Part shown: in pieces, positions 37,757-48,441 of the stretch | Numbering within the stretch: position 1 is the first letter of the stretch | Layout of the letters: each line of letters starts with the position of its first letter | Origin: an uncultured Chloroflexia bacterium | GTDB lineage: Bacteria; Chloroflexota; Anaerolineae; Anaerolineales; Anaerolineaceae | Assembly (NCBI GenBank): GCA_963781665.1 | Contig: CAWAGA010000002.1 | Span: forward strand, 5,126,138-5,190,137 | Length of the DNA: 64,000 bases | Direction: 5' to 3' | Translations under genes and position numbers: made by a program | Notes under the pieces: model-generated | What the model was told of the DNA's origin: nothing | The model's database searches: none | Seen by the model: only the letters and a program-made list of their open reading frames with translations

Positions 37757-38695
37757 ATGGTGAAAATCGTGACTACACAATTACCGTTTGAACAACTCAG
37801 AAAATCCTTCGCCGGACATCTACAAGAAAATGTGGTGATGGCGAATTATACAACCGCCCAGGTCGGTGGGCAGGTCGATGGCCTCCTGCCGGCTAACACC
37901 GTGGACGAACTAGCCCAGGCGGCCGAAACTCTGTGGAAATTGGAAGTCCCCTTCAAGATGATCGGCAGCGGTGCCAACGTGCTCGTCAGCGACCAGGGCC
38001 TGCGCGGTTTGATCGTGCTCAACCGGGCCCGCAACGTCAAAATCGATTCTCGCAGCGAACCGCCTTCAGTCTGGGCCGAGTTGGGCGCGAACCTGGGCCA
38101 CATGGCTCGCCAGGTTGCCCTGCGCGGTTTGAGCGGCCTGGAATGGGCGGTTTCGGTGCCGGGAACCTTAGGCGGCGCCATCTATGGCAATGCCGGCGCA
38201 AACGGCAGCGACATGCAGGCAAGTTTAATTGTGGCAGAGATCTTGCACCGTGACTCTGGTAAGGAATTGTGGCCGGTAGAAAAACTCGCATTTGCGTACC
38301 GCAGCAGCGTCCTTAAACGGGAGCATCTCCCAGCCATCATATTGGCTGGGCGTTTGAACGTGCAGAACAGCACTGCCGCCGAAGTGCAGGCAAGGATCGA
38401 TGATTTCAACAAAACCCGCCGCAGCACCCAACCACCCGGCGCCAGTGCAGGTTCGATGTTCAAGAACCCCCCAGGTGACTTCGCCGGTCGATTGATCGAA
38501 GCAGCCGGCCTGAAAGGTCACCGGATCGGTGGGGCTGAGATCAGCCCGGTGCATGCCAATTTCTTCGTCAATCAAGGCAAGGCATCGGCCCAAGATGTTT
38601 GGCAGCTGATTAAGCTCGCCCGGCGAACCGTGGAGGAAAAGTTCGGCGTGGCGCTAGAGCTGGAGATCGAGTTATTGGGAGAGTTCGACAAATGA
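37757..38695 (+). CDS. murB: UDP-N-acetylenolpyruvoylglucosamine reductase
   Basis: 312 aa. FAD-binding domain (YTTAQVGGQVDGL, IGSGANVLVSD). C-terminal GSMFKNPPGDFAGRLIEAAGLKGHRIGGAEISPVHANFFVN. Confidence 0.93.
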   Translation: MVKIVTTQLPFEQLRKSFAGHLQENVVMANYTTAQVGGQVDGLLPANTVDELAQAAETLWKLEVPFKMIGSGANVLVSDQGLRGLIVLNRARNVKIDSRSEPPSVWAELGANLGHMARQVALRGLSGLEWAVSVPGTLGGAIYGNAGANGSDMQASLIVAEILHRDSGKELWPVEKLAFAYRSSVLKREHLPAIILAGRLNVQNSTAAEVQARIDDFNKTRRSTQPPGASAGSMFKNPPGDFAGRLIEAAGLKGHRIGGAEISPVHANFFVNQGKASAQDVWQLIKLARRTVEEKFGVALELEIELLGEFDK

Positions 38696-38746
38696 GTAAG
38701 GCAGCCAGGATAATGGTAGCAAACACAGCGGACACATCGAGGATTT

Positions 38747-39865
38747 ATGACCGGTAAATATAACGTTGCGGTTATTTTCGGTGGTCGTTCAGGCGAGCAT
38801 GAGGTTTCGCTGATGTCGGCGCGCTCGGTTTTGGCTGCCATCGACCCACGAAAATACAACATCGCCTCGATCGGCATCACTCACGACGGTGCATGGTTCA
38901 CCGGCCCCAAAGTGCTCGAAGCATTCGAGGCAAACGATTTTTCCTCGCTGACCCCAGCCACCCTCCTGCCCCAACCCGACCGCCCCGGCCTTTATCTTAT
39001 CGAGAAATCGCCGGCTGGCGAAACTCTCAGACTGGCCAGCCAGGTAGACGTCGTTTTTCCGGTTTTACACGGCACATTCGGCGAAGACGGCACTCTGCAG
39101 GGCCTGCTCGAGCTTGCCAACGTGGCCTACGCCGGCGCAGGCGTCCTGGGATCTTCGGTCGGAATGGATAAAGCACTCTTCAAAGACGTGATGCACGCCA
39201 ACCAGATCCCGGTTGCCGATTTACTGGTCTTCTCCCGGCGGCAGCTTGAAAACCAGATGGATCAGGTCCTGGCTATGTGTGAAGGCATTTCCGCTTATCC
39301 GCTTTTCGTCAAACCGGCCAACCTGGGATCGTCGGTCGGCATTACCCGCTGCCGCAACCGGTCGGACCTGGTTGAGGGCCTGCTCGAGGCGGCGCGCTTC
39401 GACCGGCGCATCCTGGTCGAACACGGTATCAACGCCCGAGAGATCGAGATCAGCGTACTGGGGAACGACGAGCCCCAGGTATCGGTCCCAGGCGAGGTCC
39501 TACCGGCTGACGAATATTATTCCTACGCAGCAAAATACCTGGACGACCGCTCCCGGCTGCTCATTCCCGCTCCCCTGCTGCCCGAGATGGTCGCAAAAAT
39601 CCAGGCGCTGGCAATCAAAGCCTACACAGCCATCGACTGCGGTGGAATGGCTCGGGTCGACTTTTTATTAGACCGTGACACCAATGAATTATTCCTGGGT
39701 GAAGTCAACACCATCCCAGGTTTTACGAATATCAGCATGTACGCCAAATTGTGGCAGGCAAGCGGCATTCCCTATCCAGAATTGGTCGACCGCTTGATCG
39801 AACTGGCCCTGGAACGCAAAGCAGACCGCGACCGCACCGAACATCGCTATGGGAGGACAGGATGA
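38747..39865 (+). CDS. ddl: D-alanine--D-alanine ligase
   Basis: 372 aa. VAVIFGGRSGEHEVSLMSA. HGTFGEDGTLQGLLE. ATP-grasp blocks FVKPANLGSSVGI and ARVDFLL..EVNTIPGFT. Confidence 0.94.
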   Translation: MTGKYNVAVIFGGRSGEHEVSLMSARSVLAAIDPRKYNIASIGITHDGAWFTGPKVLEAFEANDFSSLTPATLLPQPDRPGLYLIEKSPAGETLRLASQVDVVFPVLHGTFGEDGTLQGLLELANVAYAGAGVLGSSVGMDKALFKDVMHANQIPVADLLVFSRRQLENQMDQVLAMCEGISAYPLFVKPANLGSSVGITRCRNRSDLVEGLLEAARFDRRILVEHGINAREIEISVLGNDEPQVSVPGEVLPADEYYSYAAKYLDDRSRLLIPAPLLPEMVAKIQALAIKAYTAIDCGGMARVDFLLDRDTNELFLGEVNTIPGFTNISMYAKLWQASGIPYPELVDRLIELALERKADRDRTEHRYGRTG

Positions 39866-40984
39866 GAGATCGTGACCAGGAAACGATAACATTACCGAAG
39901 CTCAAGGTTAACGCTCGCAGCGCGTACCAGGAAACCAGCGCGGCTTCGTCTCACTCCGAAGAAGTCAGGGCGCGGCGGAGCGGCCGTAACCAACCAGCTG
40001 CAAGCAAGCCCGGCCACCGTCAAACCGTACAGAAACCCATGCCAGCAGCCAGGTACGCCGTCCCAACCCGGCCGGTAGTGGTTCGTGGATCGACCTCCAG
40101 CCTTCCGCTGCAAAAACCGGCGAAGAACAGCACCAAGCGGCGCTATCATATCGCCTTGAATACCCCAGGCGCTGAAATGCGGCTGCCTTCGATCTCCATC
40201 GGCCGGCCCGGATGGCGGATACTCTCGGGTATGGTCATCATTGCCATGATTGCCGCTCTCTACGCCTTGATCAACCTGCCTGAATTCAAATTCAGCCAGG
40301 CGGACGTGACCGGGATTCAGCGAGTATCATTGACTGATGTTCGAAGCAGTCTTAAAAACGGACGGCATCCCCGCTTTTGCGATAAAACCGCAAGACCTGG
40401 CAGCCAACCTGAAGGCCGCCTTCCCAGAGTTTTCGAGTGTGTCGGTCAACATTGGTATTCCGGCTTCGCTGTCGGTGGCAGTCGTCGAACGCCAGCCGGT
40501 CCTGTTATGGCAGCAGGGCGACACGACCACCTGGATCGATAAAGATGGTTATTCATTCCCGTCTCGCGGCGAGGCAGGGACAACCCTCGTTACGGTCAAA
40601 GCTAACGGCAATCCCCCCGGCTTGACCGCATCTGCGGATACAAACCAAACTGCCAGCGGAGATGGATCAAATGCCGCCGTTCCTACGCCCCCGACGACTG
40701 TGCCGGTTTCGAAGCCCTTCATTTCCCCCGACCTGGTCGCGGCAATTTTATCTCTGGCGCCCCAGGCGCCAAATGCAACACCTATCCTTTACGATCCCGT
40801 TCATGGCCTTGGTTGGGTCGATCCCAACGGTTGGCAGGTCTATTTTGGAACCAACCTGACCGACATGACCATGAAACTACATGTTTATTACGCTATTGTC
40901 ACGCAATTAACTCAACAGGGCATCATACCTGTCATGATCAGTGTGGAATTTCCACATGCACCCTTCTACCGGATGGAGAAGTGA
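39862..40984 (+). CDS. ftsQ: Cell division protein FtsQ (POTRA domain), one apparent frameshift
   Basis: ATG 39862 overlaps the ddl stop (ATGA). Basic N-terminus, then a TM (ILSGMVIIAMIAALYALI). The POTRA reads ..VTGIQRVSLTDV/EAVLKTDGIPAFAIKPQDLAANLKAAFPEFSSVSVNIGIPASLSVAVVERQPVLLW only if C 40342 is skipped. The track ORFs are 39751..40542 and 40337..40984. Confidence 0.8.
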
Positions 40985-40988
40985 AGTT

Positions 40989-42230
40989 ATGGAAGAGCCA
41001 ATCGTCGTCGGAATTGATATCGGAACAACTAAAACCTGCACACTCGTGGCCCGCGTCGAAGGAGAGCGCAACCTGCGCATCCTCGGCGTGGGGATCGAGC
41101 CATCTCAAGGGATCCGTAAAGGAACGGTCATCGACCTGGCCGCAGCATCACAGTCGGTGAACCGTTCAATCGAAAAAGCCCAGCGGTCTTCCGGCCTCGA
41201 GATCAATTCCGCCCTGGTGAGCCTGGCGGGTTCGCACGTTTCGTCGGTGAACAGTAAGGGCGTCGTCGGCATTTCAGGTCGGGTCATCGAACAGGACGAC
41301 GTCATCCGGGCGCTGGATGCTGCCCAGGCGGTGGCAATCCCCCATAACCGGGAAGTGATCCACGTCATCCAGCGCAACTTCACCATCGACGGGCAGGATG
41401 GCATCCGTATGCCGGTGGGAATGCACGGCTATCGCCTGGAGGTTGAAGCCCACATTATCACCGCCGCCGCGGCTACAGTCGAAAATCTACGCCAATGCGT
41501 CGCCGCGTCTGGTGTCATGGTTTCCCAGTTTGTGCTCAACCCGTTGGCATCCGCCGAGGTGGTGCTCTCGGAAACGGAACGCCAGATGGGGGTGGTCGTG
41601 TGCGACATTGGCGGCGGGACGACCGACATGGCAATCTACATTGACGGTGACGTGTGGCATACGATGGTGTTGGCTGTCGGAGGAAACCACATATCCTCCG
41701 ATATCGCCCACGGGCTGCGCTTATCGATCAACCAGGCGGAAGATATCAAGATCCAACACGGGCATGCCATCGAGTCCGAAGTCGATAGCGGAGAAACCTT
41801 CTCGGTGCGCACTTTTGGTGAAGATAGACCGGTTCAGGTGAGCCGTAAAGACCTGGCTCACATCGTCGAGGCCCGGGTTGAGGAGATCTTCACACTCGTT
41901 CTTCAAGAAATCAAGCGGTCAGGATACGATGGCCTTTTGCCGGCCGGGATGGTCTTGACCGGCGGCTCGAGCTTATTACCGGGGATGCGGGCGCTGGCTA
42001 CCCGGGTGATGAGCTTGCCAGTCCGGTTGGCGCGACCGGAGAATTTAATGGGTCTATCCGACCAGTTGAATTCGCCGGCATATTCTACCAGCGTCGGTTT
42101 ACTAAATTGGGCACTATTGATGAGCGAAACTGCATCTGTTGCGACCCCGGGCCGCGATCACAACCGGGGAGGAGGTGTGAGCATTGATTGGGATTCAGTC
42201 AAGAATTTCCTCAAGCGTCTTCTACCTTAG
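40989..42230 (+). CDS. ftsA: Cell division protein FtsA
   Basis: MEEPIVVGIDIGTTKTC (actin-fold phosphate 1). VVCDIGGGTTDMAIY. LTGGSSLLPGM. Confidence 0.93.
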   Translation: MEEPIVVGIDIGTTKTCTLVARVEGERNLRILGVGIEPSQGIRKGTVIDLAAASQSVNRSIEKAQRSSGLEINSALVSLAGSHVSSVNSKGVVGISGRVIEQDDVIRALDAAQAVAIPHNREVIHVIQRNFTIDGQDGIRMPVGMHGYRLEVEAHIITAAAATVENLRQCVAASGVMVSQFVLNPLASAEVVLSETERQMGVVVCDIGGGTTDMAIYIDGDVWHTMVLAVGGNHISSDIAHGLRLSINQAEDIKIQHGHAIESEVDSGETFSVRTFGEDRPVQVSRKDLAHIVEARVEEIFTLVLQEIKRSGYDGLLPAGMVLTGGSSLLPGMRALATRVMSLPVRLARPENLMGLSDQLNSPAYSTSVGLLNWALLMSETASVATPGRDHNRGGGVSIDWDSVKNFLKRLLP

Positions 42231-42323
42231 CAACAATGGTCGGAAAGATCGGCCGATATTCATTTTTCGAGCCGTTTTGATTGTTTTTTTTGAATTATTT
42301 GATAGAATTTATGACAGAGGAGA

Positions 42324-43529
42324 ATGCAAATGGAACCAACTAACCAACAACTCGAATCGTTTGCCCGTATCAAGGTAGTTGGATGCGGGGGTGGCGGCTG
42401 CAACGCCGTCAACCGGATGATCGACGAAGGCCTGTCCGGTATCGAATTCGTCGCGGTCAACACCGACGCTCAAGCATTGCTTCTTTCCAAAGCCCCAACT
42501 CGGGTGAGGATTGGAGACAAGGTGACCAAAGGATTGGGCGCCGGCGGCAACCCCGAGGTGGGGCGCAAGGCAGCTGAAGAATCAGCTGAAGAGCTCTATG
42601 AAGTGCTCAAGGGCAGCGATATGGTGTTTGTTACCGCTGGCCTGGGCGGCGGCACTGGCACAGGCGCCGTCCCCATCGTAGCCCAGATCGCCAAGGAAGT
42701 TGGCGCTCTGACCATCGGCGTCGTCACCCGCCCATTCACCTTCGAAGGAGCCCGCCGGCAGCAGGCAGCTGAAGTTGGTTGGACCAAACTGCGCGAACAT
42801 GCCGATACATTGATCGTCATCCCCAACGATCGCCTGCTCCAAATTGTGGACAAGCGCGCCAGCCTTCAAGATGCCTTCAAAATGGCAGACGATGTGCTGC
42901 GCCAGGGCATCCAGGGTATCTCGGAGCTGATCACCGTCCCTGGCTTGATCAACCTGGACTTCGCCGATGTGCGCACAATTATGTCCGAAGGTGGAGCCGC
43001 TTTGATGGCTGTTGGCAATGCCTCCGGCGAAGATCGGGCCAGGATTGCCGCTGAAATGGCAATCTCCAGCCAGCTCCTCGACGTGACCATCGACGGCGCC
43101 CGCGGCATCCTCTTCAATGTGACCGGTGGGCCGAACCTGACCTTGTTCGAGGTCAACCAGGCCGCTGCGATCATCAAAGAGACCGCTCACCCCGATGTCA
43201 ACCTCATTTTCGGCGCTGTGCTCGATCCGAGCATGGGCGAAACCATCCGGATCACGGTCATCGCAACCGGCTTCGAACGCTCCGCCCCCGTCAGGGTGGC
43301 AGAAACGCAGGCCCCAAAAAACCGTGAAGAGGCCCAGGGATATCCGGTGCGCTCCTCGCGCCCGGTTGAACGGGTCGAACAACGGATTGAACAGCCAGTT
43401 GAAAGAAATGAGCAGCGGCCTGTCCGGCAGCAGTCCCAGAACTTGACTGCCGACGATTTCGAACCGCGGGTGCTTAATACCGATGACCTGGATATCCCGG
43501 CTTTCCTGCGCAATCGCAGCCAACACTGA
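42324..43529 (+). CDS. ftsZ: Cell division protein FtsZ
   Basis: [17 protein letters not shown]. Tubulin signature [11 protein letters not shown] / [12 protein letters not shown]-terminal [10 protein letters not shown] peptide. Confidence 0.97.
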   Translation: MQMEPTNQQLESFARIKVVGCGGGGCNAVNRMIDEGLSGIEFVAVNTDAQALLLSKAPTRVRIGDKVTKGLGAGGNPEVGRKAAEESAEELYEVLKGSDMVFVTAGLGGGTGTGAVPIVAQIAKEVGALTIGVVTRPFTFEGARRQQAAEVGWTKLREHADTLIVIPNDRLLQIVDKRASLQDAFKMADDVLRQGIQGISELITVPGLINLDFADVRTIMSEGGAALMAVGNASGEDRARIAAEMAISSQLLDVTIDGARGILFNVTGGPNLTLFEVNQAAAIIKETAHPDVNLIFGAVLDPSMGETIRITVIATGFERSAPVRVAETQAPKNREEAQGYPVRSSRPVERVEQRIEQPVERNEQRPVRQQSQNLTADDFEPRVLNTDDLDIPAFLRNRSQH

Positions 43530-43615
43530 GATAGAACGACCGGATAACCAGGCCGGCAGCTAATTTTATATTTTCTCCTCTGTGCATACCTATGGCAATG
43601 GGTTAATTACCCATG

Positions 43616-43659
43616 GCTCCTGGCAGGTTTGAAATTAACCTGCCAGGAGCTGTTGTTTT
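43616..43659 (+). terminator. Rho-independent terminator after ftsZ
   Basis: A perfect 14-bp stem, GCTCCTGGCAGGTT (43616-29) with AACCTGCCAGGAGC (43637-50), and the loop TGAAATT. It is followed by TGTTGTTTT. Confidence 0.7.
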
Positions 43660-43886
43660 AAAAGGATTTATGCTAAACTTAGTCAGCCCGCCCCACTTGA
43701 AATATCGTTACTTAAAGCACTGCAATATTTAAGGTTAATATTTCGTTTTTTCCCTTGTATCACTCTTGCGAGTGTGCTAAAATAGGCAATACTGTAGCAC
43801 ATGCAGGGGGTCCTGTATTGGATACCCCCACCTGTGGGGGTATGGTTTCCGTCATACTTTATTTGTAATAATGGGAGAGGATTGCG

Positions 43887-44346
43887 ATGCGATGTCCGTA
43901 TTGCACTTACGAAGACTCAAGAGTCCTTGATACCAGCCACGACAGCCGCGGTGGAATACGGCGGCGGCGCGAGTGCATCAGCTGCCACCAGCGGTTCAGC
44001 ACTTACGAACGCCCCATCCTGGCGACGCCTCTGATCATCAAACAAGACGGGACCCGCGAAGAGTTTGATCGGGAGAAGGTAGCGCGCTGGACTGCGAATC
44101 GCTTGCGCCAAGCGGCCGGTTTCAGCCGCAGCTATCGAAAGGCTGGTCGGGGAGATCGAATTTACCCTGCAGCAAATCGGACGGGCCGAGGTGGCTTCTC
44201 GGATCATCGGTGACCAGGTGATCAAGGGCCTGAAAGAGCTCGACCAGATCGCTTACATCCGTTATGCAATTGTTTACCTGCACATGAACGATCTGATGTC
44301 AATCAGAAGTGAAATTGATCGATTACTCGTGGAAGGACATAATTAA
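43887..44346 (+). pseudogene. nrdR: Transcriptional repressor NrdR, one frameshift
   Basis: Zinc ribbon [41 protein letters not shown] and [14 protein letters not shown]. The ATP-cone continues in another frame ([26 protein letters not shown]...IAYIRYAIVYLHMNDL..., stop 44344-46). The break is in the GCGCGC run at 44082-44087. Confidence 0.85.
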
Positions 44347-44348
44347 TT

Positions 44349-47000
44349 ATGGCAAACAAAACCGACACCATTAAGAAAAGTTTACCGCCTACCCCTACCC
44401 TGCCGGAAGACCTGCCTGAAGTGGATTTAACTGAAAACTCGCGCCAGGTATTGATTCGCCGTTACGTGCGGCGCGGGGACAATGGGAAACCGGTCGAGAG
44501 CGTCGAACAGATGTTCTGGCGGGTGGCGTACCATATCGCCAGGGTCGAGCAGGCCTGGCAGGGCGACGTGATCGAACGCGCCCGCCAGTTTTACTTCCTG
44601 CTGACGTCCAAGCGTTTCTTCCCCAACTCTCCAACCTTCACCGGGGCGGGCACCCCGCTCGGCCAGCTTGCCGCCTGTTTTGTCCTGCCGATTTCAGACG
44701 ACATGGGCCGCTCGCTGACGGGCATCTTCCAGACCCTGCGCAGCGCAGCCCTGATCCAGCAGACCGGCGGCGGCAACGGCTTTTCCTTTTCACGCCTGCG
44801 GCCAAAGGGCAGCCTGGTCAAATCGTCGGCCGGCCAGGCCACCGGCCCGGTGGGCTTCTTGCGGGTCTACGATCACGCCTTCGGCGAAGTGGCCCAGGGC
44901 GGCACCCGGCGCGGCGCTAACATGGCCGTGCTGCGGGTCGACCACCCCGATATCGAAGACTTCATCACCTGCAAGATCAACGAAAACGCCATCACTAACT
45001 TTAACATCTCGGTCGGCATCACCGACGCTTTCATGCAGGCTGTGGCAGATGACGCCGATTGGAACCTGGTTTTCCCAGACGTTTCTGCCCCAGAGTACCG
45101 CGGGTTCGACGGCACGCTCGAGCAGGCCGAAGAGCTCGGCGTTCCAATCAAGGTCCACCGCAGCCTGCGCGCCCGCGAGCTCTTCGCCAAAATCATCCAG
45201 CAAGCCCACCACAACGGTGAGCCGGGGGTGCTTTTCCTCGACGCAGCTAACCGCACCAATCCGGTACCGCATCTATACCAGCTCGAAGCGACCAACCCGT
45301 GCGGCGAGCAGTGGCTTGGCCCATTCGAGAACTGCTGCCTCGGCTCGGTCAACCTGGCCCAGCATTTTGGTCCGGACGGCACGGTCGATTGGGAGCAGCT
45401 GCGCCAGAGTGTGGTCCTTTCCACCATCTTCCTGGACGACGTGGTCGATGCCAATATGTACGTGCCAGCCATCCCCGAGCTGGAGCAGGCAGCCCACCGC
45501 GCCCGGCGCATCGGCCTGGGGATCATGGGCCTGGCAGATTTGATGTACCACAGCGGCATCCGCTACGGCTCGCCCGCAGGCTTTGAATTTGCCTCTCAGG
45601 TGATGGAGTTCGTACGCTATCACGCCATGCTGACCGGGATCGAGCTGGCCAAAGAACGGGGTGCTTTCCCGGCTATCCTCGGCAGCACGTTCGACCCGAA
45701 AAACATCCGCTGGCAGCCGCCGGTATCCACCGTTCCGTACGAACACGATTGGGGCCGGCCGCAAATTGACTGGGAAACCATCATGGAAGGCATCCGCCAG
45801 CACGGCATCCGCAATGCAGCCCTAAACACGATCGCGCCCACCGGGACGATCGCCACCGTGGCCGGGGCAGAAGGCTACGGCTGCGAACCGGTCTTTGCCC
45901 TGGCTTACATCCGCCACGTCAACGACAACGGCCAGGACCTGCAGCTGACTTATGCCAGCCCGCTCTTCGAAAATGCGCTTGAAGCAGCCGGCCTCGACCA
46001 GGAAGCCCGCCATGCGATCGTCGAAGAGGTGATGCTGGAAGGCACCTGCCAGGATATCACCGCCATTCCGGACGAGATCAAAGACGTGTTCGTCGTCTCG
46101 CAAGACATCTCCGCCACCGACCACGTACGCATGCAGGCCGCTCTGCAGGCCTTCGTCGATAACAGCCTGTCGAAGACAATCAACTTCCCCCACAGCGCCA
46201 CCCCCGAAGACGTGGCGACGGCTTACCAGCTGGCCTGGGAGCTGGGCTGCAAGGGGATCACGGTCTACGTCACCGGCTCGCGCGAGAAGGTGGTGCTGGA
46301 AACCAAGGCCACCCTCGACAAAAAACAGTCCGCCCAGCCTCTGACCGGCTCAAACAACGGCCACTCTCCGGTCGAAGAAGAAGTAGCCGAAGAACTGCCC
46401 CTGCACCTGTTAGAAAGCGACCAGGATGAAAGCCAGCTGTCGATCTGGCAAGAAGCCAAGAAACCACGCCCACGCTACCTGAAAGGCTTCACCTATTCGA
46501 TCGAGACGCCCCTGGGCAAAGCCTTCATCACCATCAACGAAAACGGCGGCAACCAGCCGTTCGAAGCTTTCATCAACACCGCCAAGGCCGGCTCGGATAC
46601 AGCCGCCGTCTCAGAAGCCATCGGCCGCCTGATTTCGTACACCCTGCGCCTGGCCTCGAGCATCGAACCGCGTGAGCGGCTCAAGGAAGTCGTGCGCCAG
46701 CTGGCCGGCATTGGCGGCGGGCGCCCGCTGGGGTTTGGCCCCAACCGGGTGCGCTCCCTGCCGGACGGCGTGGCCCAGGTGCTGAGCGAATACCTAGAAG
46801 GACGTGAATTGGGCGAGATCGTCCACCAGATCGAAGTAGAAGTGGCAGAAGGCAAACCCGCCGCGACGTCTGCCCCGGCCCCGCGCAAAGATCAACCTTA
46901 CCTGAAGATCGGCGACCTGTGCCCCGAGTGCGGCCAGGCAGCCATGGTCAGCGAAGAGGGCTGCCACAAGTGCTACGCCTGCGGCTACAGCGAGTGCTAA
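44349..47000 (+). CDS. nrdJ: Adenosylcobalamin-dependent (class II) ribonucleoside reductase
   Basis: 883 aa. [41 protein letters not shown] active-site block. SKTINFP. C-terminal Cys cluster CPECGQ...[12 protein letters not shown]. It follows nrdR by 2 nt. Confidence 0.9.
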   Translation: MANKTDTIKKSLPPTPTLPEDLPEVDLTENSRQVLIRRYVRRGDNGKPVESVEQMFWRVAYHIARVEQAWQGDVIERARQFYFLLTSKRFFPNSPTFTGAGTPLGQLAACFVLPISDDMGRSLTGIFQTLRSAALIQQTGGGNGFSFSRLRPKGSLVKSSAGQATGPVGFLRVYDHAFGEVAQGGTRRGANMAVLRVDHPDIEDFITCKINENAITNFNISVGITDAFMQAVADDADWNLVFPDVSAPEYRGFDGTLEQAEELGVPIKVHRSLRARELFAKIIQQAHHNGEPGVLFLDAANRTNPVPHLYQLEATNPCGEQWLGPFENCCLGSVNLAQHFGPDGTVDWEQLRQSVVLSTIFLDDVVDANMYVPAIPELEQAAHRARRIGLGIMGLADLMYHSGIRYGSPAGFEFASQVMEFVRYHAMLTGIELAKERGAFPAILGSTFDPKNIRWQPPVSTVPYEHDWGRPQIDWETIMEGIRQHGIRNAALNTIAPTGTIATVAGAEGYGCEPVFALAYIRHVNDNGQDLQLTYASPLFENALEAAGLDQEARHAIVEEVMLEGTCQDITAIPDEIKDVFVVSQDISATDHVRMQAALQAFVDNSLSKTINFPHSATPEDVATAYQLAWELGCKGITVYVTGSREKVVLETKATLDKKQSAQPLTGSNNGHSPVEEEVAEELPLHLLESDQDESQLSIWQEAKKPRPRYLKGFTYSIETPLGKAFITINENGGNQPFEAFINTAKAGSDTAAVSEAIGRLISYTLRLASSIEPRERLKEVVRQLAGIGGGRPLGFGPNRVRSLPDGVAQVLSEYLEGRELGEIVHQIEVEVAEGKPAATSAPAPRKDQPYLKIGDLCPECGQAAMVSEEGCHKCYACGYSEC

Positions 47001-47140
47001 GGGTAGTGAGTTGGGAACAACAAGTATTCGGCCAAGTGGGTGCAGTAGAAATCCAGGCGAAAGTTGGTAGCCTTAAAGCGAAATGCAAACCGCTGCGTGA
47101 CGGTTTCAAAATAATCTCGGTTGATCGTTTCGCAGCGGTG

Positions 47141-47695
47141 CTAGCGTTTGTAGCGCAAGTAGACGATCCCCGTGTGGAACGTATGCGATTCCACCAGCTT
47201 CAGCTTGACTGCCTCTTTCAATGCCGGGTAGATAGGCCTGCCAGCGCCCAGGATGATTGGCTGGAAGAAGATAAGGTATTCATCGACCAGCCCAGCCTGT
47301 GTGAGCGTGGAAGCCAGCTGCACTCCACCTATGCTTAGATCCGGGCCGGGCTGTTCCTTCAAACGGGTAACCACCGCGACCGGGTCGCCTCGTTCCAGCC
47401 TGGCGTTGCCTTCGACCCGTTCCAGGGTACTGGAGAAAACGACGGTGGGGATATGCTTGCAAATCTGGAAGAATTCGACCGCATTGGCTTGCATCGCCTG
47501 TGTGTCAACGGTCGCCCATAAGGCCTGATTGTTTTCGTACATTCTCCGCCCCCACAGATAGCCGCCGACCTGGCGTTCCAGGTTGTTCATGAAGTGGAAT
47601 AGTTCCTCGTCCACGATAACCCAGTCCGGGGGGTTGCCCGGCATCTCGATTAAACCGTTAAGCGAAACGTGGATTCTGTAGATTATCTTGCTCAT
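47141..47695 (-). CDS. Dihydrofolate-reductase-like RibD C-terminal domain family protein
   Basis: 184 aa. IYRIHVSLNGLIE...WGRRMYE...VVFSSTL...DLSIGGVQLASTLTQAGLVDEYLIFFQPIILGAG is the typical RibD_C pattern. Confidence 0.75.
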   Translation of the reverse strand: MSKIIYRIHVSLNGLIEMPGNPPDWVIVDEELFHFMNNLERQVGGYLWGRRMYENNQALWATVDTQAMQANAVEFFQICKHIPTVVFSSTLERVEGNARLERGDPVAVVTRLKEQPGPDLSIGGVQLASTLTQAGLVDEYLIFFQPIILGAGRPIYPALKEAVKLKLVESHTFHTGIVYLRYKR

Positions 47696-47833
47696 GTTTC
47701 GATCTCCTATAAGAAATTATCCACAACGTACACGAAGGGAAGAAGAATTCTTTTGATTCTTTTCTTACAATAAAACATTTCTCCTTATGGTCTTCTGGGC
47801 GCGCTTCGTGTCCTTTGTGGTTCAATTCTTCGC

Positions 47834-48109
47834 TTATCTGGTTACCGGGAATCGCTGAGCATTCCGCGCCCGGGCCCGGGCGATCTCGATTTCGCGGTCG
47901 CGCGGTGGAGCGTTGGTTTCGAGGGAGCGCAGGAGCGTACTTGAGGCGGCAGCCACCGCGGTGACAGCGGCCTGAAAGGCAGCTTCGTTGGCTTTGGATG
48001 GTTTGTTGGAACCGCTGATCTTGCGCACGTATTGCAGCGCGGCCGCGCGGACCTCGTCATCGCTCACCGGCGGATCGAAGTTAAAGAGTGGTTTGATGTT
48101 CCGACACAT
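47834..48109 (-). CDS. DUF2277 family protein
   Basis: MCRNIKPLFNFDPPVSDDEVRAAALQYVRKISGSNKPSKANEAAF matches the highly conserved DUF2277 N-terminus. ATG 48109 is preferred over the upstream GTG 48118. Confidence 0.75.
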   Translation of the reverse strand: MCRNIKPLFNFDPPVSDDEVRAAALQYVRKISGSNKPSKANEAAFQAAVTAVAAASSTLLRSLETNAPPRDREIEIARARARNAQRFPVTR

Positions 48110-48441
48110 ATTTAGCACCTCGGTCAGGCAAAAAAGGCATCAGTTTATCCTGGGCAAGCCCCCAAAAAATAGAACACATGTTTTACAAATATATAGTGTA
48201 ATATTCTTATTCAAAATGTCAAGAATGAGTTTTGAAGAATAGTTTTGTAAAAATGTTCCAACTTCTTATTTTTCGAGGTGCTCAGGGTAAACCTGATAAT
48301 TCTATAGTTTATTTTGGTTGTTCCAGATACTCGGAATGATTAACGGCCAGATACCCACGATAATAAGGTTTAAGCTCGAACAGCTCGTCAAATATTACCT
48401 ATTCCCGAGCCTGAAGCCAGCCGCAGCATCGATCTCGTGCT

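Noticed and set aside
42582-43526. Long antisense ORFs inside GC-rich conserved genes. Examples: 314 aa opposite ftsZ; 44873..45559 and 45273..45803 opposite nrdJ; 32086..32673 opposite murD; 53604..54272 opposite the kinase; 55440..56099 opposite uvrA2; 50586..50963 and others in the GC-rich patch.
   Set aside because: These are shadow ORFs typical of GC-rich coding DNA, with Arg/Ala/Gly/Pro-rich low-complexity products. The sense-strand genes are unambiguous.
47085-47139. Bidirectional terminator between nrdJ and the convergent RibD_C gene (AAACCG/CGGTTT hairpin; ACCGCTGCG ... CGCAGCGGT arms 33 nt apart).
   Set aside because: The stems are short or widely spaced and no clean U-run follows. 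This is too weak to call as a feature.
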